NCBI GenBank assembly: GCA_964016885.1
Contig: OZ024754.1
Span: 24,118,001 to 24,182,000 of the forward strand
Reading direction: 5' to 3'
Length of the DNA: 64,000 bases
DNA from: Eledone cirrhosa
Lineage: Eukaryota
Shown piece by piece: positions 25,708 through 38,832 of this stretch. Numbering within the stretch: position 1 is the first letter of the stretch; every line of letters begins with the position of its first letter. The notes below the pieces were generated by a model. That model worked only from the letters and a program-made list of their open reading frames with translations, was not told where the DNA came from and ran no database searches. The translations under genes and the position numbers were made by a program.

Positions 25708-27006
25708 CGAGGGGGATCAAAAAGTTCGCGGAATTTTTCAGAAAATATTCTAATTTTCAAAAAATATGATTTACCTTCAATTTATTTTTCTACATAGTTG
25801 CCATCCAGGTCAATACACTTCACAAAGCGATGATTCCAACTCCGTCAGCCGCCTCTAAAGAAAGTTGAAGGCCTTGTTTGAAGCCATGTGTTGGCAGTGT
25901 TTTTAGCACCACTAAAACGGGTTCCTTTTAGCATTTCTTTGAGTTTTGGAAAGAGGAAAAAGTCTGATGGGGCTAAATCTGGACTATAAGGCGGGTGAGG
26001 AAGCACTTCCTATCGAAATTCTCGAAGAACTTCTTTTGCAACCCGCGCAGAATGCGCTGGTGCAGTCATGTTCAAACAAGATCCCACCATGAAGTTTCCC
26101 TTTTCGTTTCTTGACTAATGCCTCTTTCAGTTTCCTTAAAACATTTGCATAGTAAGCTCCTCTCACAGTTCTTTGACCTTCAAGATAATCTATTAGTATC
26201 ACCCCATCTGAATCCCAGAAAATGGTGGCCATCACTTTTTTATCCGACTTTTGAGATTTGAACTTGATTGGCCCTGATGATCCACGTGGAAGCCACTGTT
26301 TTGACTGCTGTTTGGATTCAGGATCATACTGGTAGATCCAGGTTTCATCTCCGGTGATGATTCTGGTTAGGAAATGCTCTTCATCAACTTCAATTTTGTT
26401 TAATATCGCCAAAGACAGATCACTTCGAAGAATCAGCTGATCAGGGCGCAACGCTTTTGGGACCCATCGCACTGAAAGCTTGCTTAGTCCCAAATTATCG
26501 TGCAGAATTGAATTTGCCGAACCATATGAAATGTCTAGGGACTTAGCTAACTGATTAACTGTTATTCTTCGATCTTCTTCAATTAAAGTCTGAGCAGCCT
26601 CAACGTTTGGTCATTTTTTGATGTTCCTAGTCTTCCACTGCGATGGTTGTCTTCAAGGTCGTCTCTCCCTTGTTTGAATCGATGAATCCACTTGTAGACA
26701 GCAGTTTTCTTTGGAGCAGTAGTACCGTAAACTTTAACTAAAGCCTCCATAATCTGTGTCCCTTTCCATTTGAGTTTCACCAGAAACTTGATATTCGATC
26801 TTATCTCAAAATAACTATTTTCCATTGTTCCAAAAAGAGTTTTTTTTAAAGAGTGTCAGTACTGAACAATAGTCCACGCATGACTGATTGCAAGTAACTA
26901 ATAGCAAGGTAAACACCCAATGACAATGTTGTGACATGTTTAATATTGTTTTAACCTATTTTTTTCTTACTACGATAAAATTCGCGAACTTTTTGATCCC
27001 CCCTCG
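25708..27006 (-). mobile_element. Mariner-type DNA transposon, full length, transposase disrupted (25782-26825)
   Basis: TIR cgagggggatcaaaaagttcgcg at both ends and TA TSD. Motifs WVPKAL, ITGDETW, YSPDLAPSDFFLF occur in broken frames. Confidence 0.95.
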
Positions 27007-28441
27007 TATACTTTATCTTATTTCATTGTATTGCATTTAACCATATGTAAGCCTGTATTTTGTATATCATGCCGCATACATAACCCACACCAAAAATCAC
27101 ACTAACCATGACACACCATATTAATAACCACATATACCCCGTCTCAACATCGCCCACCTCAATGAACTTATTGTATTGTACTCCATGTAACCATTTCTAA
27201 GCCCGCATTTGTATATCATGCCGCACGCATCACCATCACCACCACCAAAATTCACATCAACATACACACCTCATCGTTGCAACATCGTATTAGATCGGTA
27301 TCCTATGATACGTTCTACCTTGCAATCCACAATGACAAGGGACCTTGTAAATACAATGTCGATCATATCACACCATCGCCACCACCACCACACCACACAT
27401 CGTCATATGCCTACCATAAACACCTACAACCTCATCCCCCCATATTCCCGCTGTCTACCCTAACCTACAACCCCACGCTAAATTCGACCTTGTAATTGTA
27501 CTGTCGCACGCACACACAACCACAGCCACCACTAGATACATCCAAATACCTCAACAATCATTATCATTAACATCATCAACACATATCACCCTCACTCCCA
27601 GATCGACTGTATTATAGACCCCCCAACCCCCGTCTGCCTTACCCTATAACACACCGTAACCTCTGATCATGTAATCATCTTGTCGAACACATCATCCCAG
27701 CACACCACCATCACCATGTCCACAACACACATCGCCGTACGTTCATAAACACCTTCTAACCGGTATTCGATCCTGTATATATATTTTTGTCCCTCACAAC
27801 TCCACCACCACCACCACCACCACAAAACACAACTCCATACTTCACCAACACCAACAACGCACCCCCACCCCACTCCCAACCAACAATAGCGTGTGTGTCG
27901 GTGTGTAAATATTCTTACACAGACGGACGTATGAGTGTGCGTGCGTGTACGCATAGTTATTGTATGTGTGTGTGTGTATGTGAGCGCAGGTGCATACATG
28001 TGTGTATGTGAGGGTACGTATCTGTATATATATATATATATATATGTGTATGTGTATGCGTATGTGTATGTGTGTGTGTCTATATGTATGTGTATGTATG
28101 TGTGTATATGTGCACGTCTACATATAGGTATATGGGTGAATCTGACTATATGTGTAGGTGAGCTCATGTGCGTGCATGTATGTGTATATGTGCGTGTATA
28201 TCTGTGTGTTGTCTGTACATGTGTGTGTGTGTATATCTATGTATATATATATACATAGAGAGAGAGAGAATTAGTACATCTACCAACATATGTGTACAGA
28301 TGTACACTCATGCTAGCAAATATATAAGTTATGTCTTAGTACCTATGTGGTTCTATGCAGGTGAATGCAGAACAATTATATGAAAGACGTAAAATAAGAA
28401 AATTTTAAAAATTAAAAATCAACTTACTTACTAAAATTTTC

Positions 28442-28527
28442 ACTCCAACTAATTAGTTTCTGTAATGGGATAAATATAGTTACATAATATATATAACTAT
28501 AGAGAATTCATTACGTCATCAGGGAGT
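28442..28527 (-). ncRNA. Hammerhead-like motif, extended stem II (mirror copy)
   Basis: Reverse complement of 28792-28877 with few differences. Confidence 0.8.
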
Positions 28528-28791
28528 CTATTCTCAGCTAAGTTCCCAGGCAATGCGCGGACACTAGGAACCCATATAAAAATAATAATTCAGTAGATGG
28601 AAAGAAGCTAGCGTGGACTAAATTCCGGAGCACTGAAAAAATTTCACGAAAGAATCAATCACGTGACACCGAGGTTAATCAGTTAGTGCTCCGGAATTTA
28701 GTCCACGCTAGCTTCTTTCCATCTACTGAATTATTATTTTTATATGAGTTCCTAGTGTCCGCGCATTGCCTGGGAACTTAGCTGAGAATAG

Positions 28792-28877
28792 ACTCCCTGA
28801 TGACGTAATGAATTTTCTATAGTTATATATATTAGGTAACTATATTTATCCCATTACAGAAACTAATTAGTTGGAGT
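28792..28877 (+). ncRNA. Hammerhead-like motif, extended stem II
   Basis: actcc-CTGATGA-c gtaatg..cattac a-GAAA-ctaattag-TT-ggagt. Confidence 0.82.
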
Positions 28878-28933
28878 GAAAATTTTAGTAAGTAAGTCAA
28901 TTTTTAATTTTTAAAATTTTCTTATTTTACGTC

Positions 28934-28977
<44 letters not shown>

Positions 28978-29795
28978 GTATGTGTGTGCGTATATATATG
29001 TGTGTGTATATATGTGCTTGAGTATACGTGAGTGTGAGTCCAGGTGCCCATACCCATATGTATGTATGGGTATATATATGTGTACGTATGTATGTAAAAC
29101 ACCTTCTACATTGCCTCTCCCCTTCCCCTACTCCGTCGTTCGCCACCCCCAACGATACTCCCCCACTCTCCATATTCGCACGCGCACACGCACATACATG
29201 TGTGTACATATACATATGGCCGTGTGTGAGCGTGTGTCGATATGTGTGGGCATGGATGTGCGAATGTGTTGTGTGGCAAGTGTGTTTATACAACAATATG
29301 TGTGCACATATATACCTATATGTGTGTGTGCGTATAGGTATATACAAAGCATCTGCCAGACGATGAGCGACTAGCTATGTATCTAGGTAATGACCTTGAC
29401 GCCACCAATACATCCGCCACACCACCACAAACGCCGCTACCATAGACAGCGGCACCAATACCACACCCCCACACACACGCCAACCCGTCTACTGACAACC
29501 CACTAACCTCATACCACAGCCCATCCCACTAAGCAACCATAACCACCACCATATCATGACATCCACACCCACACATACTCTACACGCCAAGGCCAATCAA
29601 CCACCACCACACTACAGCCCATCTCATCCACCCATCGTCACCAACATCTCACCATCACACCCACCCCCATATACACTACAGGCCAGTACATCGCCTTGAC
29701 CCTTCCCACCAATCAAAACAACTCATTTTGTCAAACTCTTGAATATCTGACTTTATCACATAGCATGTATTTCATTTTCTTATAGCATTTTGGGA

Positions 29796-29882
29796 AGGTC
29801 CGTCGAGCTGCGGATTATTGAGTCGGGTAGGATCGATATAGTTCGAGCCTCGAGCTGATCAGTGGCGAAACGCGCGTCACCT
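29796..29882 (+). ncRNA. Hammerhead-like motif, core CCGUCGA, extended stem II
   Basis: aggt-CCGTCGA-gctgc..gtggc-GAAA-cgcgcg-TC-acct, then AATAAA. Lies downstream of a C/A-rich tract. Confidence 0.65.
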
Positions 29883-30035
29883 ATCAATAAATGCAATGAA
29901 GGAATAATCAATCGTCCTTTTTATCCTTTCTATATATTACACTCTGTATAGCTCTACACATCATCACAGAAGTGAACCTAAACATCGAGTGCTCACCCGG
30001 GTGAACCTGCAGTAACTCCTAGTTACACCCCCTGG

Positions 30036-30212
<177 letters not shown>

Positions 30213-30258
30213 TATACATATACATATTTATACATATACACATATATACATATATACA

Positions 30259-30314
<56 letters not shown>

Positions 30315-30329
30315 CATAGATATATATAC

Positions 30330-30374
<45 letters not shown>

Positions 30375-30449
30375 CATATATAGGAGTAAGTAAGACCCCG
30401 ACGGCTGAGTTCAAGCCGTTTCGACGGCTAATTCTGTACTGAATGAAAA

Positions 30450-30593
<144 letters not shown>

Positions 30594-30859
30594 ATTAGAA
30601 TTGGCGCTCTGAAATAGCTATATATATATGAATGTATTTATAGTGTATTTTGCAATACACTATGCTTTATTAAAAGCATTTCGAAGACCATATGCTATTG
30701 TATTAGAGTAGTGACAGTCTCACTTACTTTAAATTTTCAGCAAACAGGGGAGATAAAGCTGACAGAGCTATGTAAGATCTTCATAAGGTCCACAGAATCA
30801 AAGGCCTTCCTAAAGTCAATGAAAACCAAAATATCTGGTAGAGAATTTTCAGAAGCCGC

Positions 30860-31411
30860 TAGAATTGGTTGAGGACTTTCTGTATTTGGGAGCAAAGATT
30901 TGGAATACGGAAGATGATGTGGTTGAGAGGAAGAGCAAAGCCTGGGCGGCGTGCCACAGCTTGAGACCGGTGTGGAAGTCGGACCTTCATAAAGACCTGA
31001 AAATCCGCCTCTTCGTTGCTGTAGTGGACACTGACCAAGAAACTCACTCAGATGGTGGATGGGTGCTATACGAGAATGGTGAGGATGGCTCTGAACATTA
31101 ATCAGTATACACTGAGGATGAAAAACTCAGAGCTGTATGGGAGCCTCCCAAAAGTCAGCTCAAAGGTGACACAGAGAAGATTGAGGTTATCTGGACATGC
31201 TCACCGACATCCAGAGTTGACATTGCACTCAGTGCTCTTGTGGGAGCCCCTACATGGACACACTGGAAGAGGAAGACCAAGGTTAACGTATGTTGATGCC
31301 CTAAGGACAGACACTGGTCTGTTGGAGACGAAGGACATGGCAGCGATAATGAGGCACAGAGACCGCTGGAAAGAACTCGTCCATGGATCTCGGGAATTTT
31401 ACCCGCCCTAG
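30860..31411 (+). pseudogene. RTE-like LINE 3' fragment
   Basis: VEDFLYLG, AWAA..L..VW, DGCYTRM.RMALN, RRLRLSGH, GRPRLTY in two frames. Confidence 0.8.
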
Positions 31412-31458
31412 GAAAATATATATATATGTATATATATGTACATATATATATATGTATA

Positions 31459-31860
31459 TGTATTTTGCAATACACTTTATGCTTAATTAAAAGCATTTTG
31501 AAGACAGTATGCTATTGTTTTAGAGTAGTGACAAATTCACTTACTTTAATCTCAACAAACAGGGGAGATAAGCCGACAAGGCCTTGTTTCGCTTTTGTTG
31601 AAGCTTATCAAGGCTAACTACTCCCTCCTGTCTACCGAGATTACTGATGTTTGATTATACAGAGCGGTTGTTGGTCAGGCAGAAATTAAAAATTAGAATT
31701 GGAGCTCTGAAATAGCAATATATAATGTATTTTGCAATACACTTTATGCTTAATTAAAAGCATTTTGAAGACCGTATGCTATTGTTTTAGAGTAGTGACA
31801 AATTCACTTACTTTAATCTCAGCAAACAGGGGAGATAAGCTGACAGGGCCTTGTTTCGCT
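31459..31860 (-). mobile_element. 1.5 tandem copies of a 267-bp ORF-less hammerhead monomer (retrozyme-like)
   Basis: The unit start tgtattttgcaatacac occurs at 31459 and 31726. A diverged partial copy lies at about 30593-30770. (AT)n flanks. Confidence 0.8.
31571..31615 (-). ncRNA. Hammerhead-like motif, U3-A8 variant
   Basis: agcc-TTGATAA-gctt caacaa aagc-GAAA-caaggccttg-TC-ggct. Stem III is a 10-nt palindrome. Confidence 0.8.
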
Positions 31861-31872
31861 TATATATATATG

Positions 31873-31903
<31 letters not shown>

Positions 31904-31916
31904 GTATATATATATG

Positions 31917-32053
<137 letters not shown>

Positions 32054-32054
32054 G

Positions 32055-32127
<73 letters not shown>

Positions 32128-32128
32128 G

Positions 32129-32229
<101 letters not shown>

Positions 32230-32237
32230 CTATATAT

Positions 32238-33930
32238 TAAAAGATGGTTTAAAAAGTTCCATATATTTTATTATGCGCATTTCAAAAACAAATATCATCC
32301 TGGGACGATAGTCGCGTTCTCATCAGATAAAATGAGGTAACATGATATGATGCCTAAAAAAACACTTGTGAACAAGAAAGTGTCCAGTCAACATATGATA
32401 AAAATATAAAAGGAGAGAGAAGATTGGAAAAAAAGAAGGAAGAGGGAAAAGGAAAAAGAAGGAGAAGATAACGGAGGAAAAGTTTAAGAAGGAAGGAGGA
32501 AAGAGAAAGAGAAAGGAGAGAGATAGAGACTTTTAAACGGGAAACGCTGTCAAAATTGAAAAACAGCTGTGAATAACGACTGAAAAAATATATACGGCTA
32601 CGAAATAAATAAATTAATAAATTGATGAGGTTTATGATTACAGATATAGAAACTAGGTATATTATTTATTTAGGGTTTATATACTAAAAAAAATTATTAA
32701 GAGGTGTGAAAATGTATTACTAAAATAAAATAAAATAAAATAAAATAAAATAAAATTAAATGATTTATAAGCGTAGAAGACAATATAATGCCATGTGTGA
32801 AGAGATATTTATGTGAAAATATATATATATGTGTAGAAGAAAATAAATAAGAGTAGTCAAACTATGTCAAAAATTAAGTTTACTATTAAAAATTATAGGT
32901 TATATATAAAAAAAATTATAGATTATATATAAAAGAAATTATATATGTGGGAAAACTATTTAAATATTTAAATATTAATTTAATCCACAAGTAAATAGAA
33001 GAAAATGTTATAATTATTTAAACGTAGAAAAAGCGAAGAAAAAAACGAAGAAGACATATGACGTCATAATTTGTTTACAAAATCTACGAAGGTTTAAATT
33101 GAAAAAATAGGATGTGATAAAGGAGGAAAAGTGAGCGGCTTAAAAATAGTGAGAAGAAAGAAAATAAAGAAACATTAAATATGATCTATTTAAATAATAT
33201 TTTGTATCACCAAGTAGATAAAGGAACTTGCTAGAGTGATTTAAAGCGTAGAAGAACATATAACTTCATAGTATGTTTAAAACTTTGTAGAGTGTTATGC
33301 GAGAAAAAGTGTAAAAAGATATTTGTGTAAAAGAAATATATATATATGTAAATAATGTTTAACCTTTATTCGTGGAATAAGATATAGGGTATTAGCTGTA
33401 TACTTTGTGAAATGACCTAAGAGATTTATGGATGCAGAGAACAAATAAATCGGTGAGTCTATTTATTATAGAGTTGAAATTCGAGATAATGGTACATTTT
33501 TCAGCTAGACATAAATTACAAGCCCTAGATATAGAAGCATTAGAATATGGAGAAGCATTGCATATTTTACGCCAAGAAATTTTGTAATTAATGTTTTTGT
33601 CTCTTAAGGACCAGATGAGTTCTGAGAGTGCAGTGTTTGTTCTTTTAAGTTGATATTTAAATAAGGAATAATGGTTATATAGTATTGCCTTAAAGGAAGT
33701 AGAAGTAGAGCCAATGTAGGTATAAGAATTGGTACTAGTTAGCACCTTATATTCGTATACTAGATTTTTATCGAGACAGAAATTAAGAGGACATTTAGTT
33801 CTATTAGGGCAGTTGCATTTACGATTAATGTTATTAACAGAGTTATTTGCAAGTGGCCCAGGATTAATTATAATAGGAATTGTAGTGGTGGAATTAGTTA
33901 AAGGAGGTGCTAATGTTTCAAATAGTAATT
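32238..33930 (-). mobile_element. PLE family 3, 5'-truncated (GIY-YIG remnant about 33392-33830 plus about 1.1-kb 3' region)
   Basis: CNCPNRTKCPL, NLVY..YIGST, ALSELIWSL, CNLCLAEK resemble the family 1 endonuclease. It ends at a hammerhead and (AT)n. Confidence 0.85.
32265..32333 (-). ncRNA. Hammerhead-like motif at the 3' end of PLE family 3
   Basis: attttat-CTGATGA-stem II (tatcgtc/gatgata)-GAAA-tgcgca-TA-ataaaat. Confidence 0.82.
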
Positions 33931-34852
33931 TGAAGCATTCATCAAAGTTACGTTTGACGTCGTATTTATATTTAAGTTATATTGTCTAGAGTTTACATTG
34001 ACGTCGGGCCTTAGTGTTATTATTATGACGCTCAGGGTTGGATGCATATGAGTTATTACTACTAAAATGGTGAACATTACATGCTGCTATACTAATAAGA
34101 TAATACACCATCATCTTATGTTATAAACTGCTTCACTTGTGACTTCTTTGATACATAATACACAAATATTAACACTAACAGTCACACACATATCTATATC
34201 TTCATTTAATACTATCTTCTAAATCTCGATAGCAGATAAGCCGTAGAAGAACAATTGACGAAATGTAGAACATGGTTTGTCGATATCTGTTCTATTCCTT
34301 CTAACAGAATTATGGAAGGAATATAGCAGGAGTTAACCTGTAATAAGTCTTTTCGTCTTCCCTGTCTGGTTCATCTCTGTGTTCTCGTCTGCAGTGGTTT
34401 TCACGAGGTGACAATGTATTCATACGGGACTTACCATTGGTCTGTTTAACCGAATTGCATATGGAATGTTGCTATTGCGAGGGATGACGTAGTTCCACTA
34501 CATACGTTACATGTGTATCTATATTGCCGGTTTGTCACTCTCTTCAAACAACCTGACTTTAAGGGAATATTATTAAGTGACGATAGTAGTAAAACTGGTA
34601 TGTTAAAAGGGTTTACAAACAAATATTAATAACAATATATCGTAATCACTCACTTTCTGTGATGAAACGTGTTGTGTTCAGTCATCACTTACTCTCTGTG
34701 ACGAAACGTGTTGTGTTCAGACAGCAACATAGGCTTCCTCCTTAATCTCTGAAAGCCATGGTCTTAACCAGTTCAAACCTGGACCTGCTGGCGTTAGGAG
34801 TGATCCGCTACTTCAGAAGATCCTACTTAAAATATTTAGCACAACCGTTATT

Positions 34853-36000
34853 ATGGCAACTTCAAGCAGAAGATACTCTTACACAATCCGCTACAAGTGA
34901 TTGAATATGCAAAACAGCATGGCAACAGGGCTGTAGAGAGGCATTTTGGAGCACCACCAACTGAGAAAATGATCCGCTACTGGAGGAAACAAGAGGACCT
35001 GTTGAAGCCTGCATCAAGACTTAAATGTAAGAGATGGAGGAGTGGATAGTTGCAGAAAGAAATTCGGGTCTTGCAGTATCAATAAAAATGATTATTAATG
35101 AATCAAAAGGGAAGGCAGCAGCATGAGGTCTGGATGATTTTCGTGGCACCTCAAGCTGGTGTTACAGATTTATAAAGAGGCACGGACTGGTAATGAGAAT
35201 GAAAACAAGAATAGCACAACAAATACCTGAAGATTATGATAACAAAATAATCGAATTTCACAGGTTCATAACCAGTGCAAAAAAAGAGACTGACTACGAA
35301 CTGGGTCAGATCGGAAACATGGATGAGGTGTCACTAACGTTTGATTAGAGCAGTGGATGTTAAAAAGTCCAAAACTGTAAGTGTAAAGATATCTGGACAT
35401 GAGAAAACCCATTATACTGCGGTACTATCGTGTTGTGCTGGTGGAACAAAACTGCCACCGCTGCTTATTTTCAAGAGGAAAACTTTACCAAAAGACAAAA
35501 TTCCACGCGGAATTTTTGTTCATGTCCACCCAAAGGGGTGGATGGATGAAGAGGGAGTGAAGTTATGGCTAGATAAGGTCTGTGTGGGACCAGTTTCGTG
35601 CCCATAAAACAAAGGCTATTAAAGAAAGGGTGCAGAAATTGAAAACGAAAATGGCAGTGATCCCTGGTGGTTTAACAAGCCAATTACAACCACTGGACGT
35701 ATCAATCAACAAGAAGTTTAAGGCATTTATGAAAGAAGAGAGGAATCAGTGGATGAGAGCCAAGGACCATGACCTAACACCAATAATTGCTGAGGTGTGC
35801 GAGTGGGTCCTGAAATCATGGAAGGCTGTGAAAATTGAAGTAGTAGTAAAATCTTTTTTAAAATGTGACATCTGTAATGCATTAGATGGCACAGAAGATG
35901 ACATTCTGTTTGAAGATAGTGACACTTCGGATAGTATTGATGACCCTGATGATTTTTCTGGTTTGGGGGTTGGGGTGACTGCAGTCAGTTTTCAGGATTT
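34853..36000 (+). pseudogene. pogo/Tigger-type transposase remnant (Brinker-like DBD, CENP-B HTH, DDE)
   Basis: VIEYAKQHGNRA.ERHF, IGNMDEV, GHEKTHYT.VL.C.A.GTKLPP, GWMD, IPGGLTSQLQPLDV. A TIR-like end lies near 37270-37333. Confidence 0.88.
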
Positions 36001-37334
36001 GAAGAGTGAAATATTTTCCTTATACTCGTACGTTTAATATCTGCACACTTTTTAATCTTTTTCCATTGTAATTTAATTGTAACGTTTGTTTTGGCATGTC
36101 ACGTTATTACAAATGGTAATAAAGTGAAATATTTTCAAGATTTGAAGATTAAAATATGTTCTCTTATTTGTAATATTTCAACTGTGCAGATTTTAATCTC
36201 TGTTCTGTTTATATTTTATTCTATTTGGGATGTCATGTTTGTGTGGTACTTCTATAAATAGAAGCAATAAGCAAAATATTTTCAGGATTTTATGATTGAA
36301 ATGTTTTTTTATTGTGTAGATTTTACTGTAATCTTTATTTTATTTTTATTGTTCTATTTGGGATGTCATGTTCATGTGGTATTTTTACAAAGTGTAACCG
36401 TGCAATAAAAGGTTATTCCGTATTTCTCACAATAATTTTCCTATTGTAGAATTTAGTTTTTCCTTTGTCTGGGACAAAATAAAAGTACTGTATAAGTCTA
36501 CATCTAATACTACCAACATCTTAAAATACTGCACCAGCTGTAGCCCCGTCCACTTGCATGAACTGAGACACTATTGGCTCTACCTTCCTGACGAAACACA
36601 TGAAGATAAAAATCACTGCTGGGCCGAAGAGTGAATAGTCGAACTGGAGTATCGTAGTGCAGGAGTGGATCCAGAGATTTCTGGTGGGGGTGGGTCTGAG
36701 GTCTGATTCATTGCAATTGATCAATGAAATGACTAATGTGTTCAGAGATACTGAAAAATTTAATCTTTATACTGAGCCCTTCAAGGGTTGTTTGTTGCTG
36801 GTACAAAAATATGCTTTTCATCATACATATTTAAACAAAAGTCAAATTTGAAAAATCTCTTGGTTAGTGTGGGATGCATCCCCCTACCCCCTCTGAATCC
36901 AACCCTGTCGTAGTGTAGTTGCAGTATAACAGTGGGTACATAACGGTAGGTGTAAACTTTGAGAGTAAACTTACCTTACCATGTCTCTGTACTGACGGTC
37001 TCATAAAACAAATTGGTAAGGTAGGTGAACGCTGCCTTTTGTTAGTTTTACAGACGCGAGTGTGGGGTCACAACGGGAGACAGTGACGGTTAGCCAACGT
37101 AAGGGATAGCGCAATTAAGGGTTAGACGAACAGCCAAAAATAAATGCTAGGAACATTTTAAGTGGTGTGCTGGAGGTTACAGTGATTTATTTTTTCATTG
37201 CATCTGTAAAGGTAACAAGACATGAAGTGCCGGGACCTTATTTTATGGGGGGGGGGGGGGGGGGTCAAATTTTTCGTTGTCAAAATTAGGGTGCGTCTTC
37301 GAGGACGAAGCGTCTTCGGCGCCCGGAAATACGA

Positions 37335-37366
<32 letters not shown>

Positions 37367-38576
37367 CATAACCAAACTTCTGTTAATGGGATGAATTTCG
37401 CTGGGTTGGCTGAGAGAGAGAAAGAGAGAGAGACAGAGACCAAAAGGGGTCGGTGTGTGAGACAGTTGACCACTACATCTTTCCTTATTAGTTTTATACC
37501 TGTCTCCGAGACGGGTGTATTAAGGATTTATACTTTAGGTACAAGGTTTGCAATTTGAGAGCAAGAGGAAAGTCAATTAAAACCACCCCAGTAATTGATT
37601 AATACTTTATTTTATCGACCCCGGAAGGATGAAAGACAAAGTTAACCCTAGCAAGGTTTTGACTAAGAAGCAGAGGTGTAACAAGGGAAAATAGCTCCTA
37701 TGGCAAACATTGAAATTGTGTCCCCAGCAAGCTATATAGTAGTTGTTAGACAATGGGATTGATAGCACAGTTTAAATAAATGAGGGTTTAGGGCATTAAA
37801 CTGAATTTTTATTTGTTCTACAAGTATCATTTACGTTTACGTAAAGTATTGGCAAATGTTTTAATGTATTTAAAGGGAGTGATCTGTGTAATACTGATCT
37901 TTGACAAATATTAAAACCCTATTAAAATATTTGACAAGTCATACTATGAGGTATGCTTCTGTGATCATGTAGTTCCCAGCACTGTATTTTTACCTGTAGG
38001 CCTAATAATTTATATAAGTAGTTTAATGATCCAGCCACTATAGTGTTTCTCACTCATGATAATCAAAGACAGATCATACATCTGAAGAAGTTTCTTTTTT
38101 CACTCTCTGACGATAGCTTATCTGACTTTAATAGAAAGTGTTCCTAGTCCAGATGCGCCCCCTTTTAAGTGGCACCCATGGCAGGTGACATGCTTGCCAC
38201 GCCTCAGCAACCGAGTAGACCACAGATTTTAATTTTGATACAAGCACCACAAGATATTGGCTCCTACTCTCTAACATTTCCGTTAATCCACTAAGCCGTT
38301 AATTTTATCGATCCCGATAGGATGAAAGGCAAATTTGACATCGATGCAGATCGTCGAAATCTAACCACTACTGTCTCGGCCAATTCGTCGCCAATTTAAA
38401 ACAAAGCCTGGGGTCTTTATTTTTAATTACAGACTAAAATAAGGTTTAAAACTTAGTCGAAAGGAGGCTTATAAATACTACGATTCAAAGATTCTAACAT
38501 TGAAATAAACTATAACAACACGCCACGTGTGTTTGTATATTTATACATATATATATATATATATATATATGTGTAT

Positions 38577-38832
38577 ATGCTTCAGAAAGCTCCTTGGCAT
38601 CACCTATAGATACCGCATCTCCAATGAAGAGATGCGAAACAGAATTTGGCAAGCCATCGGGCCATACGAAGACCTACTGACCATTGTAAAAAAATGCAAA
38701 TTGAGATGGTACAGGCACGTGACAAGATCTTCAAGGCTTGCTAAGGCTGTCCTGCAGGGAACAGTACAAGGAGGAAGGAAGAGAGACAGACAGAGAAAGG
38801 GATAGGAGGACAACATCTCGGAATGGACAGGC
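38577..38832 (+). pseudogene. RTE LINE 3' fragment (related minus copy about 39878-40180)
   Basis: CFRKLLGITY..RISNEE, KLRWY.HV.R, LQGTVQGGR.R.RQRK. Confidence 0.8.

Larger units (their letters stand above)
28268..28940. mobile_element. Foldback insertion of an ORF-less hammerhead element (arms 28379-28634 and 28685-28940)
   Basis: About 255-bp near-perfect inverted arms with a 50-bp spacer. Homologous to 60479-61217. Confidence 0.9.

Noticed and set aside
28379-28940. Palindrome as a sequencing foldback artefact
   Set aside because: The arms differ at several positions and a diverged homologue with its own inversion exists at about 60.5 kb. The perfect 1454-1719 palindrome still needs read support.
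37672-38210. Possible exon EHFLLKSDK.. on the minus strand
   Set aside because: The acceptor context is poor and it lies in what looks like a decayed hAT-like element. No recognisable protein.
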